Positions 1 through 8,535 are shown, numbered from the stretch's first letter. The stretch: 54,674 nt of DNA from Candidatus Omnitrophota bacterium (GCA_043820815.1 JBDRDJ010000008.1:1-54674); one strand, 5' to 3'. Numbers and translations: made by a program. Notes: generated by a model from the letters alone, not told the origin.

Positions 1-166
1 AAAAGGTTGTTATTTAGCGATTACACACCTTTTTGAGGATATGCCTTTTTTATTTATCTGTCAATCAGCTCATTTAGAATTTGCGAATAATAGTTTACAC
101 TATCGTATTCTTGCTATTGCCATTTTTTCCTTACAAAATCCCAGAATTCATGTAAAATGGTATGCT

Positions 167-697
167 GTGAATATTTATAAGTTTCATTGTATAATCTTTA
201 TTTTCTTTATTTTATCTATACCCACATCTGTACTATGCCAAACTGATGATGTAAATGGTATTAAGAAAGTATTTCATCCAAGCGGCCAGATACAGTCTGA
301 GCTGCCTTATAAGGACGGCAAGCTAAACGGAATTGCAAAATATTATTTCGAGAACGGCAATATAAAACAGGAGATACCTTATGCAAACGGGCTAAAACAC
401 GGTTTAGAGAAAGGGTATTATGCAAACGGAAAATATTATCAGGAAGTCCAGTATAAGCAGGGAGAAATTAACGGATCATGGAAGGAATTTTACGATACGG
501 GAATAGTAAGAAGCGAGGCTCAATACAGAAACGGCATTCGCCACGGGTTTTTCCGAAGTTACAGCAGTAATGCTAAATTGAAAAAAGAAGAAATCTGGCA
601 AAATGACAAGAAAGTTTTAATTCGGACATATGATAAAGAAGGCAATCTTGAATCTGAAAAGGTATATAAGCGGGGCCGCTTTATAAGCGTTAAATGA
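167..697 (+). CDS. Secreted MORN-variant (YwqK-like) repeat protein
   Basis: About 24-aa repeats of the form Y..NG.....Y..G..HG....Y. The ORF track starts at 41, but GTG at 167 gives a signal-peptide-like N-terminus (VNIYKFHCIIFIFFILSIPTSVLCQ), so the start is uncertain. Confidence 0.7.
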   Translation: MNIYKFHCIIFIFFILSIPTSVLCQTDDVNGIKKVFHPSGQIQSELPYKDGKLNGIAKYYFENGNIKQEIPYANGLKHGLEKGYYANGKYYQEVQYKQGEINGSWKEFYDTGIVRSEAQYRNGIRHGFFRSYSSNAKLKKEEIWQNDKKVLIRTYDKEGNLESEKVYKRGRFISVK

Positions 698-701
698 AGC
701 A

Positions 702-1436
702 ATGTATAAAAGGTTTAAGTTTTTTCTTGTTAGCTGTATTTTGGTGCTCATTTTTGCCTGTTCTACCATAAAAGCCCAAGAGGCTTATGATTTAATAGTT
801 TTTCGGCACAGGCTTAGCGAATCTTTGCTTATCGCAGAAGAATATTTCGAGTTAACCTTGCAGGAACCCGGGGATATGGAAAAGTTCCAGCAGGCCATCT
901 TTGAACTTAATGAATTTTCGTCAATTTTCCCGGAAAGTAAGTTTGCCGATGACGCGCAATTCTTAAGCTCAAGCCTGATTTTCTTTGATGCTTTGTTTGC
1001 CGAAGAAGAGCAGGATGCTAAAAAGGCATTGGTATCTCTCGAAGATGTTATAAAGCGTTATCCCGTGGGGGCAGTTGAGGATTTCACAATTAAACAGTGT
1101 GAAGAAATAATAGGAAAACGTATTTCAACGGTCTTTTTATATATCGGTTATTTTGATATACTGGCTTATATGAAAGGCCGGCTAGCCTGGGATTTTAACA
1201 ATTATCACGGAGTAATTGATAACTATATTGTTCTTAAGGAAAAGATAAATACCAAGCTTTCCAAAACTGGTTTGCCGGATGATATTTACACAATGCTTGT
1301 TGCTTCACATATAAAGCTTAAAGAATTTGATACGGCAAGAAATTTGGCGCAGGAAGCCATAGATAAGTATCCACACAACGGCAAACTCAAAAAGTGGATG
1401 AAAGATGTGCTTAAAAGTATTGAAGGAGGTTTCTAA
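702..1436 (+). CDS. Putative lipoprotein, helical TPR-like
   Basis: Lipobox-like IFAC after a hydrophobic stretch; BamD/TPR-like segments (FPESKFADDAQF, AQEAIDKYP). Confidence 0.5.
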   Translation: MYKRFKFFLVSCILVLIFACSTIKAQEAYDLIVFRHRLSESLLIAEEYFELTLQEPGDMEKFQQAIFELNEFSSIFPESKFADDAQFLSSSLIFFDALFAEEEQDAKKALVSLEDVIKRYPVGAVEDFTIKQCEEIIGKRISTVFLYIGYFDILAYMKGRLAWDFNNYHGVIDNYIVLKEKINTKLSKTGLPDDIYTMLVASHIKLKEFDTARNLAQEAIDKYPHNGKLKKWMKDVLKSIEGGF

Positions 1437-1705
1437 TGGAGATAAGTGTTTATAAGCCAAGTGAAGATGAACTTAATGGCATGGGCGTTAAAAGCTGGCC
1501 TATTTGGGAGAAAGAAGAGAGTACTTTTGACTGGCATTATGACCAGCAAGAGGAGTGTTTATTCCTTGAAGGTGAAGTAGTGGTAAAAACAGCCGATGGG
1601 AAAACAGTAAATATTAAGAAGGGGGATTTCGCTTCATTTCCTAAAGGGCTTTCTTGCACATGGACAATCAAGAAGAAAGTAAAAAAACATTACAATTTTA
1701 CATAG
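1436..1705 (+). CDS. Small cupin (DUF861/EutQ-like)
   Basis: WPIWEKE..FDWHYD..EECLFLEG.V.V.....GD...FPKG..CTW pattern; start overlaps the upstream stop (TAATG). Confidence 0.8.
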   Translation: MEISVYKPSEDELNGMGVKSWPIWEKEESTFDWHYDQQEECLFLEGEVVVKTADGKTVNIKKGDFASFPKGLSCTWTIKKKVKKHYNFT

Positions 1706-1732
1706 TAGAGACGCGATTAATCGCATCTCTAC
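1705..1732. repeat. GTAG-type REP-like palindrome
   Basis: GTAGAGACGCGATTAATCGCATCTCTAC, 28-bp palindrome with one mismatch, at a stop codon. Confidence 0.75.
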
Positions 1733-1755
1733 ATTTTAAGATGAATTATTAATAT

Positions 1756-1944
1756 ATGACAAATAAAGCCAAAATATTATTAACCATTTTCATTATTTCT
1801 CTTATGCTCTCAAGCGGGTGCGCGTTGTTAAGATTGCCCGTGCAGATAGTCGGCGGAACTCTTAACGGCGTTGGTAAAATAGTTGGCGGGGCTTTAAAAA
1901 TAATAGATAAGCTTCCAAAACCTCCGCCATGGGTATTTTTATAA
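1756..1944 (+). CDS. Small lipoprotein
   Basis: Signal peptide ending in lipobox LSSGC; 62 aa, Gly/Val-rich. Confidence 0.6.
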   Translation: MTNKAKILLTIFIISLMLSSGCALLRLPVQIVGGTLNGVGKIVGGALKIIDKLPKPPPWVFL

Positions 1945-2121
1945 TTATGGTAGACAGCTATTGAAGTCTAAAATTACCGCTATAATTCTCTTACCCATAA
2001 AACTTACCTTGGTATAAGTATTATATTCCCTTATAGTTTGGTTATTCAATACTATATATAGTAGTCAAATTTTATTACCCCAATAGGGTGCGTTTTGGTT
2101 AATTTGGAAGATAAATATTCT

Positions 2122-2150
2122 TTGACTAAATAAAAAAGAAATAGTGTAAT
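2122..2150 (+). promoter_or_regulatory. Sigma-70-type promoter of the HTH/pilus operon
   Basis: TTGACT (2122-2127), 17 bp, TGTAAT (2145-2150); SD AGGAG at 2203-2207 precedes the ATG at 2217. Confidence 0.55.
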
Positions 2151-2160
2151 GTTAGTATAG

Positions 2161-2210
2161 TCAGGCAATGTCAAGGCGTACCGAAGTGTACCAAGCACTA
2201 TCAGGAGTAG
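2161..2210 (+). repeat. Five imperfect 10-bp phased direct repeats (candidate operator)
   Basis: TCAGGCAATG/TCAAGGCGTA/CCGAAGTGTA/CCAAGCACTA/TCAGGAGTAG, lying between the -10 box and the start codon. Confidence 0.6.
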
Positions 2211-2216
2211 TATAAT

Positions 2217-2399
2217 ATGGTAAAGAAGTATTTTGGCGTGAATGATGTAGTCCAGAGGCTTGGTATTTCAAGGCAGACATTGCTAAGATATGAGAAAAGA
2301 GGGATTTTTCCAAGGCCAAAAAGGAACTGTGTAAATCACTGGAGAGAATATACCGATATAGAAGTAGACAGCCTAAAACAAATATTAGGCAGATTTTAA
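2217..2399 (+). CDS. Stand-alone MerR-like/Xis-like winged HTH protein (copy 1)
   Basis: 60 aa; V...LGISRQTLLRYEKRG...P.RN..NHWREY; no dimerisation or effector domain; good SD. Confidence 0.85.
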   Translation: MVKKYFGVNDVVQRLGISRQTLLRYEKRGIFPRPKRNCVNHWREYTDIEVDSLKQILGRF

Positions 2400-2422
2400 A
2401 TGAGGCAGCATCTTTTGCCGAG

Positions 2423-2442
2423 CCCTTCGGTAATACTCAGGG
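2423..2442. repeat. CCCTTCG...CTCAGGG REP-like element
   Basis: CCCTTCGGTAATACTCAGGG; 18/20 identical to 47674-47693; flanked by CTTTTGC/GCAAAAG. Confidence 0.6.
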
Positions 2443-2494
2443 TAAACTCCGCGAGAGCAAAAGTGCGTAGCCGAATTTAAAACAAAATTTCTTT

Positions 2495-2671
2495 ATGAAG
2501 TATTATAGTGCCCAAGAAGTTGCCCAGAAGCTCGGAATTTCAAAGCAGACTCTCCTGCGTTATGAGAAAAAAGGTATTTTTCCGCACCCTAAGCGTAATT
2601 TAGTAAATCACTGGAGAGAATATTCGGAAAAAGATCTGGAGAAGCTTAAAATAATTATTGGCAGAATATGA
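2495..2671 (+). CDS. Stand-alone MerR-like HTH protein (copy 2; missed by ORF track)
   Basis: Hand translation MKYYSAQEVAQKLGISKQTLLRYEKKGIFPHPKRNLVNHWREYSEKDLEKLKIIIGRI (58 aa); 36/57 aligned residues identical to copy 1; ATGA overlap with the gene at 2668. Confidence 0.9.
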   Translation: MKYYSAQEVAQKLGISKQTLLRYEKKGIFPHPKRNLVNHWREYSEKDLEKLKIIIGRI

Positions 2672-3096
2672 AGAAAGTTACATTAATTTTATTATTTCTG
2701 CTTATTATTTTTCTACTGATTGAATGCATTCTTAGAAAAAGTTTTATTCCGGCTTATTGTGAATCTTTTTTAAATAAGAAGGTTTCTTCGGGCACTACAG
2801 AAGCCGATAATTTGCCGGATAGAACAAATGTCAAAAGCGAAAGCTTAACGGCATTAAGAAACCCTTTTTTAACGGCCGAAGAGCAGAAAGTAACTAATGA
2901 GCGGGAAATTATTGATTATTTACCGATATCAGGTGTTTTCCAATCGCCCGGCCGTTCGTATGTTATTATCAGCGGCCGCATCCTTAAAGTAAACGATACG
3001 ATTGACGGTAAAGAGATAGTTTCTATTGATAAAGAAAAAGTTATACTTAGGGATTTGCAAGGCGAGGCGGAATATATATTATTTCTAAATAAATAA
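2668..3096 (+). CDS. PilP/GspC-like assembly protein
   Basis: N-terminal hydrophobic anchor, RNPF motif, beta-rich C-terminus (ISGVF....SYVIISGRILKVND.IDG); sits next to the secretin genes. Confidence 0.5.
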   Translation: MKKVTLILLFLLIIFLLIECILRKSFIPAYCESFLNKKVSSGTTEADNLPDRTNVKSESLTALRNPFLTAEEQKVTNEREIIDYLPISGVFQSPGRSYVIISGRILKVNDTIDGKEIVSIDKEKVILRDLQGEAEYILFLNK

Positions 3097-3098
3097 TT

Positions 3099-3953
3099 AT
3101 GCGCTGTTTTAGTAAACATTTAATTATTCCTTTATCTTTCTTGGCCTGCTTCTGTGTTTGTTTGATGGCCCAAGATATTAAAGAAAGTGAAAAACTTACA
3201 GAGGCACAATTAGAAAGCCAGAGCAATGACAAGGATTTAAAGAGCCAGGGCGGTGTTGAAACAAATTCATTTTCCCGGCAGGGAATAATAGCGATAAACC
3301 AGTCAGAAAAAGATGCGGCTTTGTTTTCAATCGAGCTCAGAGATGCGGAATTAGTCGATCTTTTCAGGGTATTGGCTCACGACTATAATCTTAATATTAT
3401 GGCCGATAAGGCCGTAGAAGGTAAAGTAACCGCGAGTTTAACCAATATTTCATTAAATGAGGCACTTCTGCGCATTGCCGATTTGCATAATTTAATCATA
3501 GAAGAACAGGGCAATGTTTTAGTTGTAAAGCCAAACCTGAAAACAAAAGTTTTTATATTAAAACATGTAGAAGCCAAGATATTACTTAATCAGAGTGTTT
3601 TTTCAAATCAAACACCATCGAATAGCGCTAATTTACAGGCATCATCTCCGGATTCATCAACAACCGGGCAAGCTCAGCAAGAGAAGAAAGAAGCAAATAT
3701 TTATGATCTTCTTTCTGATCAAGGTAAAGTTTTACTCGGCACTCAGCCAAACTCTCTTCTTGTGATTGACTACCCCGATAATTTAAAAAAGATCGATATT
3801 TACATTTCAACGATAGACAAAGGCATGGCGAGCAGAATATTTAAGCTTAAATATATAAGTGCTCAGGATATAGTAAAAAGCGGGCAGAAAAATACCGTTT
3901 CATCTGAAACCAAAGAGGTTACAGCCCAGAATATTTCCGGGCAGGATTATTAA
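3099..3953 (+). CDS. Secretin N-terminal-domain protein (STN/N0 plus N3-like), no barrel
   Basis: Signal peptide; FSIELRDAELVDLFRVLA...VEGKVTASLTNISLNEAL (N0/STN); N3-like segment; ends at 284 aa. Confidence 0.75.
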   Translation: MRCFSKHLIIPLSFLACFCVCLMAQDIKESEKLTEAQLESQSNDKDLKSQGGVETNSFSRQGIIAINQSEKDAALFSIELRDAELVDLFRVLAHDYNLNIMADKAVEGKVTASLTNISLNEALLRIADLHNLIIEEQGNVLVVKPNLKTKVFILKHVEAKILLNQSVFSNQTPSNSANLQASSPDSSTTGQAQQEKKEANIYDLLSDQGKVLLGTQPNSLLVIDYPDNLKKIDIYISTIDKGMASRIFKLKYISAQDIVKSGQKNTVSSETKEVTAQNISGQDY

Positions 3954-3956
3954 ATT

Positions 3957-5534
3957 ATGAAGCACACAGTTAAGGTTATATCTTTTTTTCTAATTTTAGT
4001 TTTATTTATTTATTTCTCCGGCTATGCAGGCGTTGCCTCGGACGTAAATGAGTTACTTTCAAGCCAGGGAAAAGTTCTTTTTGGCCAGGAACCCAATTCA
4101 ATTTTTGTGATTGACTATCCCGAAAATATAAAGCGAATTGACGATTACCTGGCAATGGTTGATACTCCGCCCCAGCAGGTTCTTATCGAAGCAAGGGTTG
4201 TTGAGGTCAAATTAGAATCAGAAAACGCTTTAGGTATTAACTGGACGGCCTTCAGCGATTCTCCTTTTTTAATAGGAGAGTATACGATAGGAGGGTCGAG
4301 CTCAACAAGCCCTATTGAACAAAACATAGATTACAAATCTACGGTTTATCCGCCCTTAAGCACAAGCGGAACACAAGAGGCCCCTTTTACCCTTACGATA
4401 TTCGATGAAAATATAAATGTTGTTCTTAGGGCATTGGCCAATTCTTATAACACAAATATCCTTTCAGCCCCCAGAATAACAACTGTTAATAACCGTGAAG
4501 CTGAAATCAAAATTATTCAGAAATTACCCTGGGCAGAGCCGGTGGTTGAGATGGTTGAAACAAGTATTGCGATAACATGGAATATTAATTTTGAAGAAGT
4601 AGGGATAATCCTAAGAGTTACCCCCACAATAACCGAAGACGGGCAAATTTCAATGGAGCTTCAGCCTGAAGTCAGCGAAAAGGTCAGTGATTACAGCCTA
4701 TCGGTTGTTCAGGGAACTACCGAGATTCCCTATACGGTTCCTGTTATTGACCGGCGCACCGCAGATACAAAAGTCGTTGTAGGCAACAGCCAGACTCTTA
4801 TTATCGGCGGCCTAATCAAGGAAAAACTAATAGAAGGTGAGACCAAGGTGCCCTTTTTAGGCGATATCCCGGGGTTAGGGTGGCTTTTTAAGAGTAAAAA
4901 AGATACAAAGGAAAAATCCGAGCTTTTAATTTTTGTATCTCCTACAATTATTACCCAGAAAGTTGTGAAAGAAATGCAAAGCAGCGAGGAATTGGATATT
5001 GGCAAGTGGTATATGGATGAGCGAAAAAAGAAAAGAAATGAACTGCTCGAGAAGATGGAAAACAAGGAAAGTGGCAGTATTGTCAGCGTTAGCAATGAGG
5101 AAGTTAGAAAGCAGGATTTATTGGATAATAAAAAAACACAAGCCAAACTTAAGAACGATAAAGAAATTTTACAGAAATATGAGGATGAGATACTCAAATT
5201 AAACTTAAGAGCCGAAGAAGCAAAAAAAGCATATGATACTCATATTGTAGAGTTAAAGAGGGAAATTGATAAAGAGAATTCTGCAAGAAAGGCCACTGAG
5301 AAAAACATCAAAGAATCTGAAGAAAAATCTCGTTTTGCCAAAGAGGCTTATGAGGCCAGGGTTAAGGATTTAGAGCGTAAAATTTCTCAAGAGATCCAAA
5401 CGCGTGAAGAATCAGAGAATCTGCTTTCTGAAATAAAGAAGAGTATTCTTCAAGGCCAGGCAGCTGCGCCGGTTGAAGATGCTGACAATATGGAAAGATC
5501 AGAAGAGGTAATAGATCAGAAGAAAAATAAATAA
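3957..5534 (+). CDS. Secretin (PilQ/GspD family) barrel protein with C-terminal coiled-coil extension
   Basis: QVLIEARVVEV, ILSAPRITTVNNREA.I, GIIL.VTP.I, IIGGLI, KVPFLGDIP.LGWLF, ELLIFVSPTI motifs; own signal sequence. Confidence 0.9.
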   Translation: MKHTVKVISFFLILVLFIYFSGYAGVASDVNELLSSQGKVLFGQEPNSIFVIDYPENIKRIDDYLAMVDTPPQQVLIEARVVEVKLESENALGINWTAFSDSPFLIGEYTIGGSSSTSPIEQNIDYKSTVYPPLSTSGTQEAPFTLTIFDENINVVLRALANSYNTNILSAPRITTVNNREAEIKIIQKLPWAEPVVEMVETSIAITWNINFEEVGIILRVTPTITEDGQISMELQPEVSEKVSDYSLSVVQGTTEIPYTVPVIDRRTADTKVVVGNSQTLIIGGLIKEKLIEGETKVPFLGDIPGLGWLFKSKKDTKEKSELLIFVSPTIITQKVVKEMQSSEELDIGKWYMDERKKKRNELLEKMENKESGSIVSVSNEEVRKQDLLDNKKTQAKLKNDKEILQKYEDEILKLNLRAEEAKKAYDTHIVELKREIDKENSARKATEKNIKESEEKSRFAKEAYEARVKDLERKISQEIQTREESENLLSEIKKSILQGQAAAPVEDADNMERSEEVIDQKKNK

Positions 5535-5561
5535 TGAAATTTTTTTAAGGAGAAAATCCCC

Positions 5562-7259
5562 ATGGTTCAGGAATCTAATGGCAGAAGATTAGGCCCTGAT
5601 AAGAAGATCGGAGATCTTCTTATTGAGCAGGGATTTGTAACTTCCCAGCAGTTGGTTGAGGCGTTAGAGGAACAGAAGGTAACAGGAGAAAAGCTTGGGC
5701 AGGTCTTCGTGCGAAAAGGGTGGGTTAGCGCTGAAGACTTAAGCCGTATTTTAGCAATGCAGACAGGCGTCAGCACATTTGACCTTTCCAATTATATTAT
5801 TGAACCGGATATTGTGTTGTTAATACCTCAAGAAGTTGCCTTGAAATATAAGGTGATACCTGTTTTTAAGACAGGAAATACTTTAACCGTAGCCAGTGCC
5901 GATCCGACTAATGTATTTGTAATAGACGAACTACAGCGTTTAACCGGCTGTATTATAGAGCCGGTATCGGCCGATGAGATGGCTGTGCGTAAGGCGCAGG
6001 ATCAGTATTACGGGCCAGGAGGAACTGTTAAGGAGCTTGTGGCTTCGATTGATAGGGATAAGCTTAAAGAAGGCGATAAAATGGGGGAAGATGCTCCCAT
6101 TGTAAGGCTCGTTAATACTCTAATAATAAAAGCCGTTCAGGCAAGTGCTTCAGACATACATATTGAGCCTGAAGAGAAGTATGTGGGCGTAAGGTACAGG
6201 ATTGACGGAATCCTGCACCACCAGGATTTTATTCCAAAGGATTTACAGCCGGCTATACTTTCGCGCATTAAGATAATGGCCGCTCTTGACATAGCCGAGA
6301 AAAGAATTCCTCAAGATGGGCGCATACTTATGAGAACAGGCAATAAAGATATTGATTTTCGTGTATCAACATGCCCTACGATTCACGGAGAGAATATGGT
6401 TTTAAGAATTCTTGACAGAAGTAATATGGTTTTAGGCCTTAATAATTTAGGCTTTTCCCCGGAAAACCTTAAATCCTTCGAAGAAATTATTTTACAGCCC
6501 TACGGAATAATTTTAGTAACCGGCCCCACGGGAAGCGGCAAAACCACAACTCTTTACTCTGCTCTTCAAAAGATAAATCGCGAAGACATAAATATAATGA
6601 CCGTAGAGGACCCGGTTGAGTATCATTTTCCCCAGATCAGGCAGGTTCAAGTTAACCCTAAGGCAGGGTTAGTTTTTGCTTCTGCTTTGCGTTCTTTCTT
6701 GCGGCAGGATCCCGATGTGATTATGGTCGGTGAAATCCGCGATGCAGAAACAGCGGAAATTGCAGTGCAGGCGGCATTAACAGGGCATTTAGTTTTATCG
6801 ACCCTTCATACGAATGATGCTCCGTCATCATTTACAAGGCTTATGGAAATGGGCATAGAACCGTTTTTGGTGTCAAGTTCATTGCTGGGAGTGCTTGCCC
6901 AGAGATTGCTAAGAAAAATTTGCCAAAAATGCAAGCAGGATTTTTATCCTTCGGAAGCTGTGATAGAAACTTTAGGGCTAAACGATAAAATAAAAGGGGC
7001 TATAAAATTAAGCCAAGGAAAAGGCTGTAAAATATGCAACAATACGGGTTATAGAGGGCGCATAGGAATTTATGAATTTCTTGAGGTAACACCTGTAATC
7101 CATGATTTGGTAATAAAGAAATCATCCGCAGATGAGATAAGAGAAATTGCCAAACAGCAGGGAATGATAATGCTCAGAGAAGCCGCGCTTGAGAAGCTTT
7201 TAAAGGGGGTAACTAGCCTTCAGGAAGTGATGCGGGTAACTCAGTCTACTGTAGAATAG
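5562..7259 (+). CDS. PilB/GspE-family assembly ATPase with MshEN-like N-terminus
   Basis: Walker A GPTGSGKT, ASDIHIEP, LRQDPDVIMVGEIRD, STLHTND, CxxC...CxxC zinc motif. Confidence 0.95.
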   Translation: MVQESNGRRLGPDKKIGDLLIEQGFVTSQQLVEALEEQKVTGEKLGQVFVRKGWVSAEDLSRILAMQTGVSTFDLSNYIIEPDIVLLIPQEVALKYKVIPVFKTGNTLTVASADPTNVFVIDELQRLTGCIIEPVSADEMAVRKAQDQYYGPGGTVKELVASIDRDKLKEGDKMGEDAPIVRLVNTLIIKAVQASASDIHIEPEEKYVGVRYRIDGILHHQDFIPKDLQPAILSRIKIMAALDIAEKRIPQDGRILMRTGNKDIDFRVSTCPTIHGENMVLRILDRSNMVLGLNNLGFSPENLKSFEEIILQPYGIILVTGPTGSGKTTTLYSALQKINREDINIMTVEDPVEYHFPQIRQVQVNPKAGLVFASALRSFLRQDPDVIMVGEIRDAETAEIAVQAALTGHLVLSTLHTNDAPSSFTRLMEMGIEPFLVSSSLLGVLAQRLLRKICQKCKQDFYPSEAVIETLGLNDKIKGAIKLSQGKGCKICNNTGYRGRIGIYEFLEVTPVIHDLVIKKSSADEIREIAKQQGMIMLREAALEKLLKGVTSLQEVMRVTQSTVE

Positions 7260-7309
7260 GTTTTGTTTGTTGCGTAAATTATTTCATTAATATATAAAGG
7301 AGGTGAGTG

Positions 7310-7453
7310 ATGGCAAGCTGGAAAAAGAATAAATTAGTCGGGTTAGTTGCAGGTATTATTATAATAATTGCAATAGCTTTAATTGCAAAAACAATTTTGT
7401 CAGGCCAAAACAGTAAAGTTCCTTCAGTCGAAGAGCAAATTAAAGGAATTTAA
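7310..7453 (+). CDS. Small single-pass membrane protein (47 aa; missed by ORF track)
   Basis: Strong SD AAGGAGGTGA (7297-7306); MASWKKNKLVGLVAGIIIIIAIALIAKTILSGQNSKVPSVEEQIKGI. Confidence 0.7.
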   Translation: MASWKKNKLVGLVAGIIIIIAIALIAKTILSGQNSKVPSVEEQIKGI

Positions 7454-7477
7454 GGTTTTAATAGGAGGTGCATTTTT

Positions 7478-7966
7478 ATGAAAGTCAAGGCTTTTACACT
7501 TATAGAACTTATGGTTGTTGTTGCGATAGTGGGAATGCTGGCGGCAGCATTGCTTCCTTCAATAAGCGGCATAATGGATAGAGCCCGTGTTGCAAAAGCA
7601 GAGGCAGAGGTGCGTTCTATTGCAAACGCTATCTTAGCTTTAAATCAGGATACGGGATTGTGGCCTGCCGGCAATGTTCAGGGTTCCGCGCTTAACGGTG
7701 CTAACATGGGCCTTATTTCCAGAAATGCCGCTCTGTGGCCGGCGACTTGGGACGGGCCTTATCTTGAGAAAAGTATAGGTAATGGAGGAGATGGCCTTGA
7801 TCCTTGGGGCCGGGCATATGTATATGATGGCGGGGAAGCTGGTTCCGGACAAACCTGTATTGCAAGCGTCGGCCCCGATGGGGTTATTGCTTCTTACAAT
7901 AGAGCTGATCTAACCGCACAGGGAGATGATATTATCGTTTATTTTAATCAGCGCAATCCCCGATAG
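7478..7966 (+). CDS. GspG-like major pseudopilin/pilin
   Basis: KA|FTLIE class III signal; W.GPYL, DPWG..YVY and S.GPDG motifs typical of GspG; SD GGAGG. Confidence 0.85.
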   Translation: MKVKAFTLIELMVVVAIVGMLAAALLPSISGIMDRARVAKAEAEVRSIANAILALNQDTGLWPAGNVQGSALNGANMGLISRNAALWPATWDGPYLEKSIGNGGDGLDPWGRAYVYDGGEAGSGQTCIASVGPDGVIASYNRADLTAQGDDIIVYFNQRNPR

Positions 7967-7975
7967 TTTATTAAG

Positions 7976-8518
7976 ATGCAAAACCTTTGCAATAAAAGGG
8001 AAATCCCTTGTATCAAAGTAAATGGTCTTTATGGGTTTACGCTTGTTGAAATGGTTGTTGTAATCGGTATTCTGGGGTTAATTTCTGCGGCAAGTATAAT
8101 ATCTTTTTGGCGCCTTGCTCCCAAAAGACTAGATGCCGAAGCCAGGATGGTTGTCGGAGATATATCCTGGGCTAGAGACATGAGCCTGGCCCGCCAAACT
8201 CAATATATTGTTAATTTCGATACAGCCGCCGATGAATATACTATTTACAACCAAAGCATTAACCCCGTAAATTTAATTTTACGCAAGAAGCTTCAAACCG
8301 ATATAGTTTCAATACAGCCTTCCCCGGAAAGTATAGTTTTTAATCCTCCCTTTGGAAACTCTCAGTCAAAACAAATTGATTTAAGTTTCCAAGGGTATTC
8401 CAAGGAAATTTATATCTTTGGCGATACCGGATATGTAAGGGCACAAGACTCACAGCTTGCGACTCCCAGTTTTTCCGGCCAATCCGGCGGTAAAGGACAA
8501 GCCAAAGGCCAGCGATAG
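7976..8518 (+). CDS. Minor pilin, GspH/FimT-like
   Basis: G|FTLVEMVVVI prepilin motif. Confidence 0.75.
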   Translation: MQNLCNKREIPCIKVNGLYGFTLVEMVVVIGILGLISAASIISFWRLAPKRLDAEARMVVGDISWARDMSLARQTQYIVNFDTAADEYTIYNQSINPVNLILRKKLQTDIVSIQPSPESIVFNPPFGNSQSKQIDLSFQGYSKEIYIFGDTGYVRAQDSQLATPSFSGQSGGKGQAKGQR

Positions 8519-8535
8519 AAAGAGAAAGAGGCGGT

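Noticed and set aside
2049-2064. NrdR-box-like palindrome (TACTATATATAGTA)
   Set aside because: Single copy, no tandem partner about 31 bp away and no nrd gene nearby; AT-rich palindromes arise by chance.
2217-2671. HTH genes as prophage or ICE excisionases
   Set aside because: No integrase, att repeats, tRNA or phage genes in the window, and copy 2 is translationally coupled to the pilus operon.
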